Shown here piece by piece: positions 26,552 to 32,000 of a DNA stretch of 32,000 nucleotides; the stretch's first letter is position 1, and the number at the start of each line of letters is the position of its first letter. Origin of the DNA: Thermithiobacillus tepidarius DSM 3134 (GTDB lineage: Bacteria > Pseudomonadota > Gammaproteobacteria > Acidithiobacillales > Thermithiobacillaceae). The stretch lies in NCBI RefSeq assembly GCF_048300925.1, contig NZ_CP133759.1; one strand, given 5' to 3'. A program made the position numbers and the translations under genes. The notes below the pieces were generated by a model. The model was given only the letters and a program-made list of their open reading frames with translations, did not search any database and had not been told where the DNA came from.

Positions 26552-26668
26552 CTATTTGCCTGAAGCCTTGAGGAACAGGAAAACGGCCAAAGAGATCAGT
26601 ACGACAATGATGCCGACGAAAGCTGCCAGACTCATGATGCCCAGATCGGTATCGAGAAAGTTCAGCAT
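26552..26668 (-). CDS. small membrane protein, 38 aa (MLNFLDTDLGIMSLAAFVGIIVVLISLAVFLFLKASGK)
   Basis: It is missing from the ORF track. SD is aaggagacacac-ATG. It has a single TM segment and a basic C-terminus, with the same architecture as the 39-aa neighbour. Confidence 0.65.
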   Translation of the reverse strand: MLNFLDTDLGIMSLAAFVGIIVVLISLAVFLFLKASGK

Positions 26669-26738
26669 GTGTGTCTCCTTGTCTTTTACCCCACTCTGAT
26701 TTTAAATCGAATCTCCCGCAAATGAGAATGGCCTGCCT

Positions 26739-27356
26739 ATGCAAGAACTCCTGAGCTTTTTCGATCGCAGCGTATACTGGGTGGAAGGCGGCAACGAGCG
26801 TCCGGCCGTGTACTACATCCATGACCGTGAGGCAGGCGGCATCCTGGTGAATGCCCCGCGCTTCTCCCCGGAACGGCTGGCGCAGCTGCGCGCCATCGTG
26901 GAGCCGGCCTATCTTTTTCTGCCCAGCCGCCTGGGCGCGCAGGATCTCGGCGCCTGGCAGGCGGCTGGCGTGAAGCTGGTGGCCTACGGCCATGAGGGGC
27001 GGGGGCTGGAGGTGCCCATGGATGTCGAGTTGGACAACAAGACCCGCTTCACCCGCACCATGGACTTCCTGCCCATGTCGGGGCGCACGGCCGGCGCCTG
27101 CGCCTTGCGCTTCAAGAACAAGCCGGGCGCCATCTTCTTCGGACCGATTCTGGAGCCGGGCGCGGACGGCTGGCCGACGCTGGTGTTCCACCCGGATGAT
27201 CACTCCGCCGAGTCCCGGCTCTTCGGTGTGCTGGGCTTGCAGGACCTGCATTACGAGTACGCCTTCACCGATCGCTTCGAGCCGGGCGTGACCCGCTACG
27301 GTCCCGGCGCCGACGCAGCCATCCAGGCCGCCATCAATCGGGTCCTGGAGAGCTGA
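26739..27356 (+). CDS. hypothetical protein, possibly a degenerate MBL-fold protein
   Basis: The pattern VYWVEGG..N.YYI....GGILVNAP ... YLFLPSRLGAQD ... FLPMSGRTAG ... IFFGP follows the MBL-fold order, but the HxHxDH and later His positions are replaced. There is no obvious SD. Confidence 0.45.
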   Translation: MQELLSFFDRSVYWVEGGNERPAVYYIHDREAGGILVNAPRFSPERLAQLRAIVEPAYLFLPSRLGAQDLGAWQAAGVKLVAYGHEGRGLEVPMDVELDNKTRFTRTMDFLPMSGRTAGACALRFKNKPGAIFFGPILEPGADGWPTLVFHPDDHSAESRLFGVLGLQDLHYEYAFTDRFEPGVTRYGPGADAAIQAAINRVLES

Positions 27357-27368
27357 CGGGGTGGTGCG

Positions 27369-27824
27369 CTAGCCGTTGCCGGTATTCGCCCGCTCGCTTC
27401 TGCTTTCCGGGCGCGGCGGGTAGCGGATGGCCAGGGTACGGGCGCCCACCAGCACGGCCAGGAGCCCGGCGATGGCCAGCAGGTCGGGCCAGGCGAGGCT
27501 GTGGCCGTACAAGCCGATGAGGAGTTCGCGCATGATGAAGACGATGGTGACGTCGGCCAGCACGTGCAGGCGGATGCGATGGAACTCCACGTAGTCGGTG
27601 AAGGTGCGGAACAGCTCGATGAGGACGAAGACGCCGAGCACATTGATGACCAGCTGGGTAACGCCCTTGCCGGCGCTGTCGACCACCGGAAAGATCAGCA
27701 TGAGGTCCATGACCAGCTTGTAGAAGCTGATGGCCAGGGTCACCAGCATGACCAGGATCAGGCCGATGACGAGGATGTCCAGAAGCTGCGCGTAAAGGCG
27801 CATGGTGCGGTTTTTCAGATCCAC
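27369..27824 (-). CDS. psiE: PsiE-family (phosphate-starvation-inducible) membrane protein
   Basis: It has four hydrophobic segments, and VFVLIELFRTF...VTIVFIMRELLI resembles the PsiE family. I chose the GTG start at 27824 (gggagga-N6-GTG). ATG 27803 is an alternative. The track start at 27845 lies inside the upstream terminator hairpin. Confidence 0.55.
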   Translation of the reverse strand: MDLKNRTMRLYAQLLDILVIGLILVMLVTLAISFYKLVMDLMLIFPVVDSAGKGVTQLVINVLGVFVLIELFRTFTDYVEFHRIRLHVLADVTIVFIMRELLIGLYGHSLAWPDLLAIAGLLAVLVGARTLAIRYPPRPESRSERANTGNG

Positions 27825-27842
27825 TTTCGTTCCTCCCAAAAG

Positions 27843-27867
27843 CAAAGGGCCCGCGAAAGGCCCTTTG
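27843..27867 (-). terminator. rho-independent terminator after the E2-E3 gene
   Basis: caaagggcc-N7-ggccctttg gives a 9-bp stem. On the minus strand it is followed by GCUUUUGGG, and it lies 12 nt after stop 27880. Confidence 0.65.
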
Positions 27868-27879
27868 GGTTGAGCGCTC

Positions 27880-30870
27880 TCAGGCGCCTTGCTTGGCCGC
27901 GCTGCGCCGCAGCCGGGACAGCAGGCGGCGGGCCATCTCTCCGAAGAGCTCCGTCTGCGTCGGGTGCGGATGGATGGCGTGGGCCACCTGCTCCAGGGTC
28001 AGGCCCGCCGACACCATCATGACCGCCTCGCCGATCAGGGTGTCCGCGTGGTCGGCCAGGAAGTGCACGCCGACGATGCGGTGGCTGCTCTTCTCGGCGA
28101 CGATCTTGATGAGGCCGTCGGTTTCGCCGGTCATCATGGCCTTGGCGTCGATGCTCATGGGCACCTTGACTTCGGCGCAGTCCAGGCCCCGGGCCTTGGC
28201 CTGCTCCACGGACAGGCCCACGAAGGCGGCTTCGGGCCGGGTGAAGATCACGCCGCAATCCTTGGCCTCGTCGTACTTGGCCGGGTGGCCGAGCAGGTTG
28301 GAGGCCGCCACGCGGCCCTGCTGGCCCGCCGTGTGCGCCAGCATGAGCCCGCCGATCACGTCGCCGACGGCGTAGATGTGCGGCACGTTGGTGCGGCCGC
28401 CGGCATCCACGGCGATGGCGCCGCGCTCGCCGAGCTGCACGCCGGCGGCGGCCAGATTCAGGCCATCGGTCTGCGGACGCTTGCCGGTGGCCATGAGGAC
28501 CAGATCGCAGTCGAGCCGCTGCTCGCGGCCTTCGCCGTCGGCAAAGCGCACGCGCATGGCGCCGGGCTGGCCGTCGATGGCCTGCACCTTGGCGCTGGTC
28601 AGGATCTGCATGCGCTCCTCGGCGGAGAGCAGCTTCGCCAGGGTGGTGGCGATCTCCGCTTCCACTTCGGCCAGGGGCCGGGCCTGGGCTTCCAGCACGG
28701 TGACCTCGGCGCCGAAGTCGCGGAAGATCTGCGCCATTTCCATGCCGATGGCGCCGGCACCGATCACGCACAGGCGGCGGGGCGGGGAGGCCAGGTTCCA
28801 GACCGTGTCGGAAGTGACGACGCCGCCGCTTTGCAGGCCCTCGGCCGCGCCGGGAATGGGCGGCACGAAGGTCGGGGCGCCGGTGGCGATGACGGCGGCG
28901 CCGAAGCTGATCTCGCCAGCGTCCTTGCCCTCGATGCGGACACCATGGGGGCCGGTGAAGCTGGCGAAGCCTTCGAGCACGGCGATCTTCATGCCCTTGT
29001 CGGTCTTCAGCGCCATTTCGCCGCGGGTCTGCAGGACCTGCTTGCGGTGGGCCTCCAGGCGCTCCCAATCGAGCTCGGGACGGTCGGTGTTCCCAATGCC
29101 CAGCAGAGCGTCATGATGGCGGTCGCGCATGCGGTCGGCGGCCGCGCGCCAAGCCTTGGACGGAATGCAGCCGCGCCACAGGCACTCGCCGCCGGGCAGG
29201 GGGGCATTGTTGATCATGGCCACCTTGATGCCGTGCTCGGCCAGTTCGCGGGCGCAGTCCTCGCCGCCCGGGCCGCCGCCGATCACCACCACCTGATAGT
29301 CGTAGTCGCCCGCCGGGATGGCCGGACCGGGACTGCCGAGCCAGGACTCCGGCTGCTCGATGACGCGCTTGAGATCCACCAGGAAGGCGGCCGCCTCGGC
29401 GCCATTGACCACCCGGTGGTCGGCGGTGATGGTGATGGGCATGCCGCTGGGTCCGGCGGCGGCGATGGCGATGATGGCCGCAGTGCCGGGGGTGACGATG
29501 GCGTCGAATTGGGCGACGCCGTACATGCCCATGTTGGAAACCGTGAAGGTGGGGTTGGCGTACTCCTCGGGAGCCAGGCGGCGCTTGCGCGCCCGTTCGA
29601 CGATGCCGTTCCATTCCTGGTGCAGCGTCTGGACGTCGCGGGCGCCGACATTGCGCAGCACCGGTACCACCAAGCCGCCGCCCTCGGCGGTCACGGCGAT
29701 GCCGATATCCTGGAAGTCGCGCTCGACGATCTTGTCCACCGGCTGATAGGCGGCGTTGACCAGGGGATGCAGCTTGAGCGCCTCGGCGGCGGCCTTGGCG
29801 ATGGCCACGGTCACGGACACGCCGTTGGCCTTGGCGGCGCGGATCAGCGCCTCGGGCTGCACGTTGACGGTCACATGGAAGGTCGGCATGGTGAGGCTCG
29901 CCGTCATGCTGCGGCTGACCGCCTTTTCGATGGCGCTCATGGGCCGGCCTTCGCCGGGCACCTGGATCTCGGGCAGCTCCCAGCCAGCGGGGGCGGCGGC
30001 TGCTTGGCCCGGCCGGGCTTGCAGCACGTCGTTGCCGACGATCAGGCCCTGAGGACCGCTGCCGTTCAGGCCGGCAAGGTTCACATTCAGGCCGCCGGCT
30101 AGCTTGCGCGCGTAGGGCGTGGCGAGCTTGCCCGCCGGGCGCGGAGCCGGCTTGCCGCCGGTCAGGATCGGGGCGGCCGCGGATGCCGGTTTGGATGGCG
30201 CGGCGGAGGACTGGGTTGTCGCCTGGGTTTCCGGCGCCTTGGCCGCGCCAGCCACTTTCACCGACTCGCTGACCACTTGCTCGGGATGATCCACCAGGTA
30301 GCCCATGGCTTCGCCGACGGGCACGACGCTGTCCACGGCGGCCAAGGGGCCGGACAGGTAGCCTTCGCGGAACACCTCCACGTCCATGATGGCCTTGTCG
30401 GTCTCCACGGTGGCGACCACGTCGCCGCGATTGATCTTGTCGCCCGGCTGCTTCTCCCAGGACACCACCACGCCTTCGGTCATGGTGTCGGACAGCTGCG
30501 GCATCTTGATAGTATAGCTCGCCTCCGCCGGCGCAGCGGCGGGCGCGGCAGTCGGGGCCGCGGTGTTGGGGGTGGGCTCGGCCATGGCCACGGCGCCGCC
30601 GGGAGCCACTTGGCCCACTTCCTCCGGCGTGGCCACCAGGTAGCCCATGGCTTCGCCGACGGGCACGACGCTGTCCACGGCGGCCAAGGGGCCGGACAGG
30701 TAGCCTTCGCGGAACACCTCCACGTCCATGATGGCCTTGTCGGTCTCCACGGTGGCGACCACGTCGCCGCGATTGATCTTGTCGCCCGGCTGCTTCTCCC
30801 AGGACACCACCACGCCTTCGGTCATGGTGTCGGACAGCTGCGGCATCTTGATGACATAAGCTTCGGCCAT
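27880..30870 (-). CDS. fused dihydrolipoyllysine-residue acyltransferase (E2, two lipoyl domains) and dihydrolipoyl dehydrogenase (E3), 996 aa
   Basis: Residues ~1-521 form the E2 part. It has two lipoyl domains (..TVETDKAIMDVEV..), Ala/Pro linkers, an E3-binding domain (ATPYARKLAGGLNVNLAGLNGSGPQG) and a catalytic core ending ADHRVVNGAEAAAFL. From residue 522 (nt 29307 downward) there is a full E3: VVIGGGPGGEDCA (FAD), GGECLWRGCIPSK (redox disulfide), VIGAGAIGMEMAQ (NAD) and HPHPTQTE (His-Glu). The frame is continuous across a junction linker of ~12 aa. Confidence 0.85.
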   Translation of the reverse strand: MAEAYVIKMPQLSDTMTEGVVVSWEKQPGDKINRGDVVATVETDKAIMDVEVFREGYLSGPLAAVDSVVPVGEAMGYLVATPEEVGQVAPGGAVAMAEPTPNTAAPTAAPAAAPAEASYTIKMPQLSDTMTEGVVVSWEKQPGDKINRGDVVATVETDKAIMDVEVFREGYLSGPLAAVDSVVPVGEAMGYLVDHPEQVVSESVKVAGAAKAPETQATTQSSAAPSKPASAAAPILTGGKPAPRPAGKLATPYARKLAGGLNVNLAGLNGSGPQGLIVGNDVLQARPGQAAAAPAGWELPEIQVPGEGRPMSAIEKAVSRSMTASLTMPTFHVTVNVQPEALIRAAKANGVSVTVAIAKAAAEALKLHPLVNAAYQPVDKIVERDFQDIGIAVTAEGGGLVVPVLRNVGARDVQTLHQEWNGIVERARKRRLAPEEYANPTFTVSNMGMYGVAQFDAIVTPGTAAIIAIAAAGPSGMPITITADHRVVNGAEAAAFLVDLKRVIEQPESWLGSPGPAIPAGDYDYQVVVIGGGPGGEDCARELAEHGIKVAMINNAPLPGGECLWRGCIPSKAWRAAADRMRDRHHDALLGIGNTDRPELDWERLEAHRKQVLQTRGEMALKTDKGMKIAVLEGFASFTGPHGVRIEGKDAGEISFGAAVIATGAPTFVPPIPGAAEGLQSGGVVTSDTVWNLASPPRRLCVIGAGAIGMEMAQIFRDFGAEVTVLEAQARPLAEVEAEIATTLAKLLSAEERMQILTSAKVQAIDGQPGAMRVRFADGEGREQRLDCDLVLMATGKRPQTDGLNLAAAGVQLGERGAIAVDAGGRTNVPHIYAVGDVIGGLMLAHTAGQQGRVAASNLLGHPAKYDEAKDCGVIFTRPEAAFVGLSVEQAKARGLDCAEVKVPMSIDAKAMMTGETDGLIKIVAEKSSHRIVGVHFLADHADTLIGEAVMMVSAGLTLEQVAHAIHPHPTQTELFGEMARRLLSRLRRSAAKQGA
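30291..30510. repeat. 220-bp direct repeat, copy A (encodes lipoyl domain 2)
   Basis: Checked base by base, it is identical to 30633-30852. The offset of 342 bp keeps the frame. Confidence 0.95.
30633..30852. repeat. 220-bp direct repeat, copy B (encodes lipoyl domain 1)
   Basis: Identical to 30291-30510, while the flanking linker sequences diverge. Confidence 0.95.
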
Positions 30871-31023
30871 GCTACACCTTTTTAGTGAGCTGTCAGCGGA
30901 CCGCCAACCTGTGCGGAAAGACGGGGCCCGCTGTCTGCAAGACTTGGAAAACTGGATTCACGCTGCCTGGCAGCGTGAGCGGGGGCAGCGGGATCAAGCC
31001 GCGGCGCCGCCCGCGATGACTAC

Positions 31024-31995
31024 TTACTTGCCGAGCATCCGCAGCACCGCATGCACCACTTGCGAGGCATTGGGAATGGCGGCTTTTTCCAGCTTGTGAT
31101 TGTAGGGAATGGGCACGTCGGCGGCGTGGATGCGCACCGGGGCGGCGTCCAGCTCGAAGAAGGCCTCTTCGTTGATAATAGCGATCACTTCGGAGCCCAC
31201 GCCGCACGGTGCCTCGTCTTCCTCCACCACGATGGCGCGGTGGGTCTTGGCCACGCTGGTCTTGATGGCGGCGCGGTCCAGCGGCTTCAGGGCGCGCAGA
31301 TCGACCACTTCGCAGTCGATGTTGTGATGCTTGGCCAGGAACTCGGCGGCTTCCAGCGCCCAGTGCACGCTGATGTTGTAGCCGAACAGGGAGACGTCCT
31401 TGCCGGGACGGATCACCTCGGCGCCTTCCAGGGGCGTGAAGTATTCCTCGTCCGGCACCTCGCCTTTCATGTTGTACATGAGTTCGTGTTCGATGATCAC
31501 CACCGGGTCGTCGCAACGTACGGCGCTCTTCAGCAGGCCGTAGGCGTCGCGGGGATCGCGGGGAGTGACCACGCGCAGGCCGGAAACGCCCATGAACACT
31601 TTCTCCATGCGCGCCGAGTGCTGGGCACCGAGCTGGTGGGCGGTGCCGCCGGGCATGCGGACCACCACCGGGGCCTTGATGCGGCCGCCGGACATGTAGT
31701 GGACCTTGGCGGCCACGTTGATGATCTGATCCATGGCCAGCCAGGCGAAATTGACGCTCATGATTTCGATGATGGGACGGCAGCCGATCATGCTGGCGCC
31801 AATGCCGATGCCGGTGTAGGAGTTTTCGGAGATGGGCGTGTCGATGATCCGCTCGGGACCGTATTTGGCGTAGAGGCCCTGGGTGGCCTTGTAGGTGCCG
31901 CCGGCCACGCCGATGTCCTCGCCCATGGCGAAGACCAGGGGGTCGCGGGCCAGCTCTTCATCGTGGGCCCGCTGAATGGCCTGCCAGTACATCAT
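31024..31995 (-). CDS. 2-oxoacid (pyruvate/acetoin-type) dehydrogenase E1 component beta subunit; the 5' end may run past the window edge
   Basis: YWQAIQRAHDEELARDP.VF.MGEDIG..GG.YK.T.GL..KYGPERIIDTPISE is the classic E1-beta N-terminus. A C-terminal transketolase-C-like domain is present. The ATG at 31995 is only 5 nt from the window end, so the true start is uncertain. Confidence 0.85.
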   Translation of the reverse strand: MMYWQAIQRAHDEELARDPLVFAMGEDIGVAGGTYKATQGLYAKYGPERIIDTPISENSYTGIGIGASMIGCRPIIEIMSVNFAWLAMDQIINVAAKVHYMSGGRIKAPVVVRMPGGTAHQLGAQHSARMEKVFMGVSGLRVVTPRDPRDAYGLLKSAVRCDDPVVIIEHELMYNMKGEVPDEEYFTPLEGAEVIRPGKDVSLFGYNISVHWALEAAEFLAKHHNIDCEVVDLRALKPLDRAAIKTSVAKTHRAIVVEEDEAPCGVGSEVIAIINEEAFFELDAAPVRIHAADVPIPYNHKLEKAAIPNASQVVHAVLRMLGK

Positions 31996-32000
31996 CTCGC

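Noticed and set aside
27815-30102. 417-aa minus ORF and 737-aa plus ORF overlapping the E2-E3 gene
   Set aside because: They are in an alternative frame or antisense. They have no motifs, whereas the 996-aa frame contains every E2 and E3 signature.
30291-30852. Possibility that the perfect 220-bp repeats are a CRISPR-like or non-coding tandem array
   Set aside because: There are only two copies, they are in frame, and they encode canonical lipoyl domains inside a continuous gene.
1-32000. Search by eye for tRNA, rRNA, tmRNA, riboswitches, transposases, integrases and phage genes
   Set aside because: I recognised none. I cannot exclude small ncRNAs without covariance-model scans (tRNAscan-SE, Infernal/Rfam).

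Overview
This is a GC-rich window (roughly two-thirds G+C by eye) that looks like proteobacterial chromosome, mostly core genes. I recognised no rRNA, tRNA, CRISPR array, transposase or integrase. In the ORF track, most long ORFs that are antisense or out of frame are GC-driven shadows, rich in Arg/Ala/Gly/Pro, and I rejected them. The genes I can support, in order, are as follows. (1) A 5'-truncated LplA-like lipoate-protein ligase and a small receiver-like protein. (2) A divergent pair of unknown small proteins. (3) A CbbQ/NorQ-type MoxR AAA+ ATPase and a CbbO/NorD-type VWA protein, followed closely by an HDAC/AcuC-family deacetylase and an aldo/keto reductase. (4) A small secreted, anchored protein and a TM2-domain protein. 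(5) A LysR regulator, a class-I glutamine amidotransferase-like protein that appears to lack its catalytic residues, and an overlapping unknown gene. (6) PIN-PhoH (PhoH2), then bcp, dapA-bamC, an MBL-fold hydrolase, purB and purC. (7) A 575-bp field of REP-like repeats, then a PaiB-like gene and purL. (8) A block of small genes: a 24-aa hydrophobic ORF, a csp gene, a minimal zincin, a periplasmic helical protein, rppH, two tandem 38/39-aa membrane proteins missing from the ORF track, a degenerate MBL-like protein and a PsiE-like protein. (9) A 2-oxoacid dehydrogenase cluster with an E1-beta gene and a single 996-aa gene that fuses a complete E2 (two lipoyl domains, E3-binding domain, catalytic core) to a complete E3. 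The most unusual items are three. First, the CbbQ/CbbO module has no RuBisCO or NO reductase gene nearby and sits next to a deacetylase. Second, the E2-E3 fusion carries a 220-bp lipoyl-domain duplication that is 100% identical at the nucleotide level. Third, a roughly 300-bp composite REP-like element occurs twice, once splitting cbbQ from cbbO, and its hairpins show compensatory substitutions. All functional calls come from reading motifs by eye, and no database search was run.
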